A DNA stretch of 63,591 nt, counting the filler, from Reticulomyxa filosa (taxonomy: Eukaryota > Protista > Foraminifera): NCBI GenBank assembly GCA_000512085.1. It is 15 parts of 15 records of this genome, joined end to end, with 100 filler letters (N's around TTAATTAATTAA, not from the genome) between each part and the next. Parts side by side here need not be neighbours in the genome. Positions count along the whole stretch, not along the records: positions 38,365 to 47,613 come from ASPP01010683.1; positions 47,714 to 52,250 come from ASPP01037041.1; 13 more parts are not named here. One strand, written 5' to 3'. The first letter of the stretch is position 1, and each line of letters starts with the position of its first letter. The position numbers and the translations under genes are program-made. The notes beneath the pieces were generated by a model that was not told where the DNA came from, made no database searches, and worked only from the letters and a program-made list of their open reading frames with translations. Below are positions 38,963 to 50,810 of this stretch, in pieces.

Positions 38963-39873
38963 ATCACACAAGAATTAATCACATAAGAACAGCCATGTAG
39001 ATACAAAAACACTGCCTTAAAAAAAAAAAGTTTTTGTTGTTGTTACAACATTGAGCTTGGTGTTGTCAACGTAACTAATCGCTTTACCAAAAAAAAACAA
39101 AACAAAACAAAACAGAACAACTATTATTCTCAGCCTTGTGATGCAGAATTTGAGTTTATTACGAATTGTTCAAGAACCATTTTTTTTTGTGCAGAATAAA
39201 CTATTCTTAATTAATCATTGGCTGGCTTTTTTTGGATAACCGATTTCTTAAAAAGTCCGCTTTAAGAAATGTTAAAAATAAAATAGCTTTGAATTGTTTT
39301 TTGAAGGAACAAAAAATAAAGGGCATTTGTTTTTAACTTTTTAAATATCAGGTAGATCCACGCAAAAAAAACTTTAAAAACATCCTGATCTTAAATGTTC
39401 GCGAATTCAGAGCTTTGTAACGGAAATATAACATTTGCTTAGGCGAGTGATAGTGGTTGATCAGTTGCATTATATACAAAAGTAGACTTTTAATATTCCA
39501 AAACAAGAACACGGTTTGTTAATTGACATCTTTATAAACAATGAAATTCATAAAATTTATAATAACTTCCAAAGCCAGATTATTCCATCACTAGAAGATA
39601 AAACAAATGTAGTGCCATCCGTTGAAAATACTCCGGTTACGCACTTTGAATGTACTTTCAGTTTTTGCGTCTACTAATTTTGCATCACATAATCGAATAG
39701 TCTCATCTCTCGGGCGTGACAATAGTTCGGCAATCCTGAAAGAAGCACAAGTCACTTATTTCTTCATTATGCAAAGCATTTTTTCAACTGATTACTTGTT
39801 ATGGCGTTTCATAACCGAACTATTCTATCGTTATAACAATACACAACAAAGAAGCTACTAGTGAAAAATTAAG

Positions 39874-40579
39874 TTTAAAAGTGTCACTATCTAATTTTTT
39901 ATTTTTCCATGCTTCGTTCCATTCTGTGTCCTGTATGACAATCGTCATTTCTATCTTTTGTTTTTCTTCTTTTGTTGTTATTTTGATTTTATGTATGTTT
40001 TCGTTGGATTCCGAGTTGTTTCTGGTATTATTCTTGATATCTTCTTCGCTGGTAGATTGGTCTTCGTTTTTGTAGTTTTTTTCTTAGTTGTTTTTTCTGG
40101 AGTCGTTTTTTTTTTAGACTAGTCTTTGTTTTTAGAGTTTTTTCCGAAGTCATTTTTTCCAGAGTCGTTTTTTTTGTTTGTATAGTCTTCATTTCTGGTA
40201 TTTTTCTTTATATGGTCATCGTTTCTGAAGACTAGACAAACAAAAAAAACGACCCCAAGAATGAAGACCATTATACTAAAAAAAACGACTCTGGAAAAAA
40301 TGACTTCGGAAAAAACTCTAAAAACAAAGACTAGTCTAAAAAAAAAACGACTCCAGAAAAAACAACTAAGAAAAAAACTACAAAAACGAAGACCAATCTA
40401 CCAGCGAAGAAGATATCAAGAATAATACCAGAAACAACTCGGAATCCAACGAAAACATACATAAAATCAAAATAACAACAAAAGAAGAAAAACAAAAGAT
40501 AGAAATGACGATTGTCATACAGGACACAGAATGGAACGAAGCATGGAAAAATAAAAAATTAGATAGTGACACTTTTAAA
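39874..40579. repeat. Long inverted repeat: 302-bp arms (39874-40175 and 40278-40579) around a 102-bp spacer
   Basis: By eye the arms are exact reverse complements. The ORF track reports an identical peptide on + (39881-40075) and - (within 40378-40752). Confidence 0.95.
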
Positions 40580-42345
40580 ACAACTCGAGTCACATGAATA
40601 TAATGCAAACAGCACGTAATAAAATGAATAAAAGAAACACAAGGACTGTAAATGAAAATTGAAGAAAATAAAAAAATTATAATCTCAGTAAAACAAGAAT
40701 TGCTCAAAGAAATAGCAAAAAACTGGAGTAATGCATTTATATCAATAATCACCTGAATAAAGTAATCATAATTTACATAAAGAAATTTAATAACGAAAGA
40801 ATAAACCTAGAAAGAATTATAACAGACATAAGAGTCCTAAGAGTAATTAAAGACAAAGATAACAATGACAATTTGAAATCTGTTACATAATATCAGAAAA
40901 TGAAATTAATACAATAATGGAAAGTATAAAATTTAAATATCAAGAACAACTAATAATACACAAAAATAAGAAATCCAAACTTAAGACTAATTCAAGCAAA
41001 TGAAAACAGATAATTCCAAAATCAAGAATAGTTAAAAAATTCAAAAGACCATAAAGACATACAAATAAGAAATAGAAGGAATTATAACAGAAGTACACAA
41101 TTATCAACAATGAGAGAACAACTGAAACAGAAACAAAGACTAATTAATAGCAACACAACCACAATACCGATAAGAAGCAACGAAACATCAAGGAAAGCAT
41201 CATAAGAACAAAAAGAAGAAGAAAAGGAAAAGTAAGAAATAAAAGAAACAAATGAAATAATAGAATGATACAAAAACACTACTATTTCCTTTTCGTTTTG
41301 AAGTGAGTACACGATCTTTTGATCTTCTCCGCTTATTACAAGTAAGCTTTTGCTTCAATAAAAAAAAAAAGATAAGTATGTGCGTATAAATCATTTGTAA
41401 ATGACTTTGATTGATGTGAACTTTTTTAAAAAAATTATACTTCATTTCATTTCAAACCTAGTAGAACTATCTTGACCGGGCATGTTATCACCATGACTTT
41501 AATTTTATGTTTGAACATACCAATTTTAAATAAAAATTTTATATTATTTGTAAATATTTGATTAATATTCTCTTATACGTTTCCCAAATTTTTTACTAGT
41601 TTAAGTATTTTAATTGGTGCTTTTTTTTATTGAAAAGATATTCATCAGAAATTATTTTATGTTTTTCTAACTTTTTTGATTATTTTTTATTTGTTTGCGC
41701 TACAATTACTCCTTTCAAGTACTGTACGCATGAGTTGTATATTGGCTGAATGATAGTTACTTTAAAAAAAAACTTCTGCTAAATTATCAAGTTTTTAACA
41801 AAATAAACAAGTTGAAACTAAAAACAAGAATAATAAAATTTTCTGAAATGCTTGGAAAATTGACAATTTCATGAAACGAAAAACACGATTATCAACTTTT
41901 TATACGAACTGCACATTCGTAGATATGTAAAAAATTTTGATAAGTGCTGAGTTCAGAGATAATATTGGTGATCTTTTAGATGTTTTATGTTAACTTTTTT
42001 TGCATTCTACTACATATGTAAGTAAAATTAATTTCCAAATTGTCTAATAAATCGAATTATATTTACTCCACGTTTTCAAAATCTTTTTTGTCAAATCTAT
42101 TAAGTCTTGCCAATGGTCCCATCAAATAACCTGAGTTGGGAATATAGTTAATGCTTTAACAGTATTTTTCATAAGTTGATAATTCTCTATTGCTTGATCC
42201 TACAAATTTTTTTAAAAATGTTGATGTGAAAATTATCGCTAATTTGTGTCATCTTCCAATTTATTTAATTTTCACTCACGCTTTTTTTTCCTAAATATAA
42301 AAACTAAATATCGTATGTTTTCAATTGACAAGGAAAATCTAATTA

Positions 42346-43740
42346 TCATCCACTCAATGTTTTCACCTTTTCTTTTGCTTCTAATGTTTCTGGATGCCAA
42401 TCTCCCAATGTTCTACTATATGTCTTCCATGTTTTTTCATAATATTTACCTGCAGTTTTCATTTCATCTTTTTCCTCAAACACCCTTCCCAAATTCCAAT
42501 TCAAATCGCCAATCACGCGGTTTGTGTTACAAACATCTGTTCCCATATGTATAATGACTTTTCGTAATAGTTAATTGCGTCCTCATATTGTTGTTTATTA
42601 TCATAGACATGTCCTAAATGGTTATATAAATTTGCAACCCAAGCATGATTTTTTCCAAAAATTTTTAAAGTGATTTTCAATGACTTTTCATAACATTCAA
42701 TCGCTTTTTCATAGTGGCCCTTTTTATCATAGGAAAGCCCTAAACTGTTATATGAATCCGCAACATAAGCGTGATTGGGTCCAAAAGCGTTGATGGAAAG
42801 GTCCAAAGCTTTTTGGAATTCAAAAATGGCATAATCAAAAACATTTTTTTTGAAGCAATCTTTTGCTTTGTCTTGAAGACCCTGAAGTCGTACTGGAATT
42901 TCATAGTGAAATCTAGCATTCCATTGAATTGGTGAGATAATATGTTTAAATTTTTGATGAATAATAACATTTTTTGCAAAAAAAATCTGCGTTGTAATAT
43001 TTGCATTCTCTTCGAGTCGAATTTCACAATCAATTGCATATATATTTCCATCGATATTTATTCCATTCAGTATCACCAATTTCTTTTTAATCACATACAC
43101 CCAATAATCTCCAAATTGATATTTTTCATCTTTATCATTATTGATTATTGTAATAAACGGAAAATTATCATCAATCTCAACTAATTTTGTACTTGCTGCA
43201 TTGTGCCATTGATGTATTTTTTTGCCACAACAACCAATCCCTGCTCACTTTGTTTTGTCATTTGCTCAACTATTTTAGCAGCTTCGACATTTGATTTTAT
43301 CCAATCTGCATTCCAGTGATTCTTGAAATCTAGGGTTTCATGGATGATATCCTCTTCCATTAATGATACTGCATTGTTGCTATCACAGTCATCATTAATC
43401 TGATTTTCCTTATTTTCCCCGACATCCTTTTTAAATGAATGTTCTGTTTATTGATTGGTTTGTTTTGATTTTGTCATTGTTAAGATTTTTAAAGTACACA
43501 GAATGCACCTGGCCAAAAATAAGCAACGAATTGAGGCTGACCATTCTTAACCACGTATTGGACATGTTGATCTGTTTCAACACCATAACCATCACCGTTG
43601 GTTATTTTCACCAATGTATTTCCTTGTTGATCAGGCTTGCTTACTTTTGTGATTTGTTCTTGCAAACTTCCGACTGTCAAGGTTGTCAATGCGAGTTCAT
43701 ATTTCTTTGACCCAATAGTTACAAAGGCTTTGCAGGACAT
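42346..43740 (-). CDS. TPR-repeat protein (kinesin-light-chain-type 42-aa TPRs) with small N-terminal beta-grasp-like exon; frameshifted
   Basis: Repeats FGPNHAYVADSYNSLGLSYDKKGHYEKAIECYEKSLKI and FGKNHAWVANLYNHLGHVY. Frame breaks near 43220 (poly-A) and 42550. Confidence 0.8.
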
Positions 43741-44529
43741 GTCTTGGTCTTCACCTTTTTGTCTTTGCTGAAAAATTTGAGGTTAAGAATCGATGAAAGA
43801 TTATGTTTTGGAAAAAAAGTTGATCTTTTCCTTTGGAAAACGTTCAACTGCTCTTTTGAAGATGCCCAATTTTTTATGTGATATTATTGTGATGGATTAA
43901 ACGAAAGATATTTTTTAGAATTACCAAATTTAGCATTGTTTAGCTAAAAATTTGTTAAAATGTTTAATTATTTGTGGTCCAAATAAAAATCTTGCCTCAA
44001 ATATAAATGACAAAAATACTTTTTGTTTTTATTGATTTTGACATTGTTTACACTAAATTGTAAATCAATGGCGTATATTTTTCAGTGATTGGTAAACACA
44101 ACCAAAAGTTAATCCCGTTTCCTCAAAATTCCAAATGTTCGTCAGTTGGCAACCCGTGAAAAGTTTAGATTTAATAAGACTTATTGTTAACAACCCAAAC
44201 AATAGCCCGCTGTTTTAGTCTTAACATATTTTCAATTGCATTACTAATTTTTAATTGTAATCTTTTTAGAAAATATATTTTAAACTTATTTTATGATTCG
44301 AAAATGAGCTGAGAGAATACTCTTGTTAAATTTAAATTAGAACGTTGCTTTTGTACGAGAAAACTTATTTTCAGTGTTAAGTGCGCACATTTTGTCATAA
44401 AACTGAAATTTAACAAGTCATCTTGGAAGTTGTTTTGATGCAATTGTTGTGTAGAAAAGGTCAATAAAAAGCTGGAAAACAACAGTCAACTAATTGCAGT
44501 TTTTAATTCAAAGAAAAAGTTGTATTTTT

Positions 44530-45914
44530 TTAATCTGACTCAGCGCCAGAATCACCACCACCTCCAAATGGATCTGCTGGTGCAGCACTAGACTCTTTTT
44601 CTGCTTCCGCTTCAGGTTCTTCTTTTGCTGCGGCGGCAGTTGTGGTAGCAGCGCCAGTTGTGGGTGCTGCAGCTGCGGCGAAAGCTCCAGGGTTCTCCAA
44701 CACCTTTTTGACCTGTTAAAACAAAAAATTGATAATTTTTTTTTTCTCTCATTTTATAGTTTATTTTCAAACATACAAAAAAAAAAACAAAAACGAAACT
44801 ACGTCCAAATTTTCCCAAGAATATTTCTCCAAGGATAAACCAAGCGCCAAGACTTTCTTGTATGCATTGAGAGTAGAATGAGGTACTGTTGCGGCAGTAG
44901 GATGGTTTATACCAAAGGAAAATGCTGCCACTTGTCGAAGTCCCGCCACAAATCCGTTAGCAACATCTTGAGAGGTAATGTCTAATGCTGATGCATCATA
45001 TGCGTCACCATTATCATAAACAGATTTGACCTGTTTACAAAAAACACATTGCAATTTCAAATTCAAAATTCGAGTTAAAAGAAGATAGAAAAAAACCACT
45101 GTGGCGGAATCTCGCAAAAAAAAAAAATTATTAGGAAAATGAAAAACACAAACAACAATCATTGTCAAAGAAAAAAGTAACAATAGCTAAACTTTCATGC
45201 CGTAGAAAAATGGCTTCATGTTTAATTTAGTCAAAAGGGACGCTTGAGATGGGGAGACTTTTTCGCCCTGTTTGATCAAGTGCACTTCGTCAGTAATGTC
45301 GATTTGGCCACGGTTAATACGGGTACCAATGTTCATGGTTTGGAAGAATGTGGTTTGGGTCGGCTCCATACCTGTTGGTCCAGGAGGAATAAACACATCC
45401 ACTGGCGCAATTGCACCGGCTTTAGCTGGCGTTTGGACTTGACGTGATGTAATTTCTTTTCTCAAAGTTCCTATGTCTCCTTTTGTAAAGAAAAACCCAG
45501 AGTTTCCACGGCACAGGTCCAGCAAAGCCATCAAGTCGCGGTTTCCAGTTTTTTTCATGAATTCACGAATACATTTACGGATCAATGTCTACATACATTT
45601 CGTTGTTTACGATAAGTGTTTTGAGAAATGAGGAAAGGGAAATTTTTTTTTAAAGACATGTAAAAAGTATCATGGAAATGCTTAACATTTTTTCCGAACA
45701 AAAATCTTCCTTGTTTACGTAAATCTTTTCTCATCTCACCAATTTGACTTGAGCCGACATTTGTCACTGTCACAATCAAGCAAGTCTTGTATTCTTCCAA
45801 CAAACGATCTAATTTTTTAGCATATTCGATTTTTCTTGCAGGCACTTGGTAGTTGACTCGAACACCAGGAATTTCGACTTCGATTTCTTCTTTTTTTTCC
45901 TCTACTTTTGCCAT
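44530..45914 (-). CDS. RPLP0: 60S acidic ribosomal protein P0 (uL10)
   Basis: Motifs NVGSSQIGEMRKDLR, FGKN/TLIRK, PAKAGAIAPVDVFIPPGPTGMEP and LLTKLNMKPFFYG, plus an Ala-rich hinge. Four exons; stop at 44530. Confidence 0.97.
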
Positions 45915-46654
45915 TGATTTGTTTGTCTTTAGATTTGATTGCCTAAACAAATTATCAGAGTATTCAAGAATTCTCTTTTTTTTCTTTCTTGGGAGAACAA
46001 CCGCTCAGCTTACAGTCTCGTGAACTTCCTCGCAACTACAAGGAAAAACTCACCGAAGGCGAAAAGCGTCAAGCACTACAAGCACCAAGCGTGTAACGAT
46101 TGAATGAATGGTTAATTAAGAAAAAAAATTGAAGATATTGCTAACACAATCACAACCAGGACCATTGATATGACACTTGACCAAGAAAAGTCTTTTAAAA
46201 TGATTTAATGGATGCTTGACTTAAAAAAAGCAACTTTTGTTATGCTAACATTTTTGGATGTCCTGAGGCTCTTAATTCTCAACTACTCTTTTTGCAGTGC
46301 TAAGTTGAACACGAATTTCTTGGCTTTGTGGCCTCAGAACCAGAACGACTTTTTAAAAAAAGACGATATCAAACACCTTCACTTTAGAAAAGATCTCAAA
46401 AAGTCTAGTAGGTGTGTACAAAGTCTAGTGTCAAACAAAAAAGTCTGAACGTCGGAAATTGGGGGCAAAGCTGTTTAGTGTTGTAATCACTCCTTTTAGA
46501 AGCAAAAGAACTTGACTTTTTTTTTTGCCTAAGCGACTTTTTCCTTGTATAAACCAATTATTTCCTTGTGTACTTTTTTTTTTGTATACGTGCAAGAGAA
46601 GCTAACTGTGCCGCACAACTCTTAAAAAAAAAAAATAGCGACGATTAAAAAAAA

Positions 46655-47494
46655 ATGACCATAAGTGAAACGGCAACAGCAGAACAATTGAACTATGTGA
46701 ACTACGTGATGCACGGCTTCTTGCCTCCGCATATGCGAGCAAACAAAGGATCAAAAGAGCATCAGCAACAACAACAACAGCAACAGCAGACAATGAATTC
46801 GATGCGCAAATGGAACTGGTTACCACCAGCGAACAACAACAACAATAATAACAGCAACAACAACATTAGTAACATTAGCAATGTGACATGGATGAATCAA
46901 AAAGGTGAGTTAAGATTAAGCGAGGAAAAGACACAAAGTTGTGTGAGCCCAGCCATGTCACAGAATGGAATGGAAAAAGACGAAATGAAATGGAATAGTG
47001 ACAACAGCAGCACGTGCTCTGAACACGAAAGTCGATGTTATTCCAAATCGGACGGCAACATAAGTAGTATAACGGAAGTATCGATTATGAACGATGGTAA
47101 CAGCCCACGATACGTAACCATCTCTTCCAATACGTACAAAGAAACGAATCACGGCCATAATACGAATACGAATACGAATACGAATACGAATATCAATACC
47201 TATGGCATTGCCAAGAGGGGAGGCAGCAGTAGTATCACTACCCACAGTCCACACTGGCCCGTCCAATCGGCGACGATGGCAGCACTCTCGCCACCCTATG
47301 CGCAAACTACGTATAACAATCACATTCCTATCTCAAATGGGGTGTTGCCAAATGCCTTTACCGACCATTATGCCAATTCCAGTCCGACCTATTTGTGTTC
47401 ACAGCATTGGATGACTATTGTCATTGTTCCTCAAAATCCCGTCCCAGAAAATGTCAAAGAAATTAACGCTGGATTGTGTTGGGATTTTGATTGA
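46655..47494 (+). CDS. Low-complexity (poly-Q, poly-N, (NT)n) protein, probably partial
   Basis: 279-aa ORF with coding-like GC content and no recognised domain. Confidence 0.5.
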   Translation: MTISETATAEQLNYVNYVMHGFLPPHMRANKGSKEHQQQQQQQQQTMNSMRKWNWLPPANNNNNNNSNNNISNISNVTWMNQKGELRLSEEKTQSCVSPAMSQNGMEKDEMKWNSDNSSTCSEHESRCYSKSDGNISSITEVSIMNDGNSPRYVTISSNTYKETNHGHNTNTNTNTNTNINTYGIAKRGGSSSITTHSPHWPVQSATMAALSPPYAQTTYNNHIPISNGVLPNAFTDHYANSSPTYLCSQHWMTIVIVPQNPVPENVKEINAGLCWDFD

Positions 47495-47713
47495 GCACCA
47501 TTTCTTTTTTTTTTTTTTTTTTCTCCTTTGTTTCGTTTTTTTTTTCATTTGATTTGTTTTGTTATATTAATCTATTGTTGCTTGGGTCTGATCATTCCAT
47601 CTTTTTTTTTTTTNNNNNNNNNNNNNNNNNNNNNNNNNNNNNNNNNNNNNNNNNNNNTTAATTAATTAANNNNNNNNNNNNNNNNNNNNNNNNNNNNNNN
47701 NNNNNNNNNNNNN

Positions 47714-48716
47714 ACATCAATAATGAAGGCATACAACAGAGAGAAACAAAAGACAACACGTTTAAAGTATTTTTTGAAGCAGCAAGTAGTGGCCGGTTTG
47801 TTCCAAGAAGCCTTGCAGTTAAAGCATGACTTCATTTTGTGTATTAATATAATTAAAAAAAAACAACAACGTGCGCATATGCGCAATATATATTTTTTTG
47901 CAAAAGTGCAGGTAGATTTGGAACCAAATGTAATAGATGATATGAAGTCTGTGGACCACTTGGATCATTGTTTAATGTCAATAATTTATTATCAGGAAAT
48001 GAAGATTCAACAAGCACTTTTGCACGAGGTCATTACATGGCCGGGAATCGAATGATTGGCAAAGTGAGAGATCAATTGCGAAAATTGGCGGATAGTTGCG
48101 ACAATATAATGGGATTTATGATGACAAATAGTATTGGGGGGAGGAACAGGCTCTGGTTTGGGCATGTCGATTTGGGAAAGAGTGCAAATAGATTACCAAA
48201 AAAAAAAAAAATAACAAAAGTGGGATGTGTGATATATCCATCGCATACCTTTTCGATATCGATACTTGAACCATATAATGCGCTATTTGGAATGCAATGG
48301 TTAGTGAATTTCACCGACATTGTGTTGGTATTTGACAATGAGAGTATCTACAATATTTGCCAAAGGAATCTGCATATTGCAAAACCTGATATAAGCAATG
48401 TGAATCGATTGATTGCAAAAGTGATATCATCAACAACTGCATCTTTGCGATTCAGTGGAGAATCGAGTGCAGATTTGAATGAGTTGCAAATGAGCCTGGT
48501 TGCTTTCCCGAGATTACATTTTATGACCACAGGCATGAGTCCAATCGTTTCAAAGATGGATATAACCACAACTCCCAATGATATGCAAGCTATCACCGAT
48601 AAATGTTTCAAACCTACCAATTGGTTGGTTCGTTATGATTCTTTTGATCCCACTGAAGATAAATACATGTCCGTCATGCTCAATTATCGTGGAAATGTCA
48701 CCAGCAGACGAGGTTG
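47714..48716 (+). pseudogene. Divergent alpha-tubulin, frameshifted and lacking the C-terminal third
   Basis: Motifs FKVFFEAASSGRFVPR/VDLEP, FARGHY, GGGTGSG (off-frame), LEPYNA, FDNESIY, TASLRFSG and DLNELQMSLVAFPRLHF. Intron 47818-47911. Three to four frameshifts, at least one outside a homopolymer. Confidence 0.8.
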
Positions 48717-48989
48717 GTGATGACTATGTCGATGATGACGATAATACTAACTATTATTAATTTTGTCAGTGATCTGTCAGTTATAATTAATTTTTTTTGT
48801 TTTGTCACGAATAAAAATAATCAACAAGTTTAATTATTGTTATTTCAAGTATATTTTTATTTTTTGTTCTTGCTCAATGCAAAATAGAGAAAAATGTTAA
48901 TTTGAGTGGAGTTCGTTGTATTTTTTTTTTAATGACACTTGAAAAATATAATCATTGTATTTCAACATATTTTTGTTTCTCTGAATGTT

Positions 48990-49297
48990 AAATTCAAGTA
49001 TTCAATGAGCATTTAAATATTGTATGATCTGTTGAATATTCACCATTTATAATAAAGGATAGTATTGGTAATTCGAATGTGATATGTTCTGGATCAGTTG
49101 ATAATACAATTCGTTTTTGGGATATTCGATCAAATAAGAATGAATTAAACTTGCTCAAAGGAAATGAAAAAGAAGATCGTGGAATATTGTGTCTTGAATT
49201 TATTGGATTGGAAAAGAAAGATAAGACAAGGAATGTTAAATATGATTTAAGTTTGTGTTATGGTTCATACAAAGGTCTCATTCGTATTTGGAGATAA
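48990..49297 (+). pseudogene. 3' fragment of a WD40-repeat gene
   Basis: IQVFNEHLNIV*SVEYSP...ICSGSVDNTIRFWDIRSNK...LCYGSYKGLIRIW, the same family as 16975-17720, with an in-frame TGA. Confidence 0.8.
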
Positions 49298-50810
49298 TTT
49301 ACTTGTTTGTTAAATAAGAAATGAAGTGGTTTTTTAAAAGTTTGACTAAAAGAAAAGTAAAATGATATTAAACTTGTTTGATTTGATTGAATGCATGCAC
49401 TGAAATATATTTTCTATTTTATTGTTATATTCTTTATGGCGTTTTCGTGAACACACAACAAAGTCTGTCAAGTTTTTTGTTGCCGAATGGAAAAACCATG
49501 ATATTGACAATGCGAGTAATTATTTACGGCTAAGACTATGCCTTTTTTTGGGTATATGTTACTCCATCTTCTCTCACTTCAAATTACATTTTGACAAACA
49601 ATTTTTTGAACAAACATGATCTGATGATATCGGACTAGTATCGCAGCTTGTTTTTACTGAACAAAAACACGTGATGTCATGGACATTGCTTTTTTAATAG
49701 AAAATTATTTGCTCGAATTATGTTATCAATTATTTTTTCGATTTCAGAGACGAGCAACTCAAATTTTCTTAAAGGAAAACAAATTGAATAAAATATAACA
49801 AAGATTAACTTGTTGTTAGAGGAATATCCCATCATTGCTTGAGAATAAGAAAATAGAGTCAGACGAGGTGGCATCACTAAAAACGAATTAATTTTTGTAT
49901 AAATACAGGACGAAAAGGGGTAGATTGAACATTGGTGTAAAAAAAAAAAAAAGATACCATTCTTTAACAATACAGCAACAACAAAATTCCTTTTCCTCTT
50001 CATACTCAAAGCCAGTATAATTTTTTACAAAGTTTTTTCTTTTTCACAAGCGTTCTGTTTAAGAAAAAGAATGTATTAATCTTTTTTTTTAAATGCAGAA
50101 TACACAACATTATGTAATTTCTTGATTTACATAATAATTGTTTAAAAAGCAATCATATACTTAGGTTTAAATAAATTACTCTGTTTGCAGAAGTGAAATG
50201 CTGTCAATTCAATTATTTATGATTTTTATAATAAAAATGAATTTGCAATTCCAGTTTAATTGATTATCACATCTTCTACTTTGCCCTTCATTCGATTGTA
50301 ATCTAAGTATTAAAGTGCATCTAATGAGCGTTCATGCAAAATTTCACTATCGAATTTTTTAAAAAAGAATTGTTGTAATTGAAAAATAATGTTGTAGGAA
50401 TAAACAATACGTGAACCTTTATTTATTTTCTTCTTAAAGGATTACTTTAATAATATCAAAATAACAAGTGTTTTTATTTGAAACAGACTCAATTTTGAGC
50501 TGACCTTGATTTGTTTTTGGAAAAAAATACAAGATAACAAATATATATCTCAAAAATATATTATAACAAATAGTCAAATTTCAATGTTTCAAAGACTTTT
50601 TCATCGTATTAAAAGCATTCTGCACCTTTTAAAATAGTCTTGCTGACTAATTATACCATTGTGATACAATCAATCTTATTATAAAAAAGAACATAATTTG
50701 TATTTCCAAGTCAAATTACACTTTTTTATACTTTTAAAAAGACGAATTTTTTTATGCGTCTCACCTTTTAAAAAAAACTAAATACTTCATAGTTCCTTAA
50801 CATTAACAAT

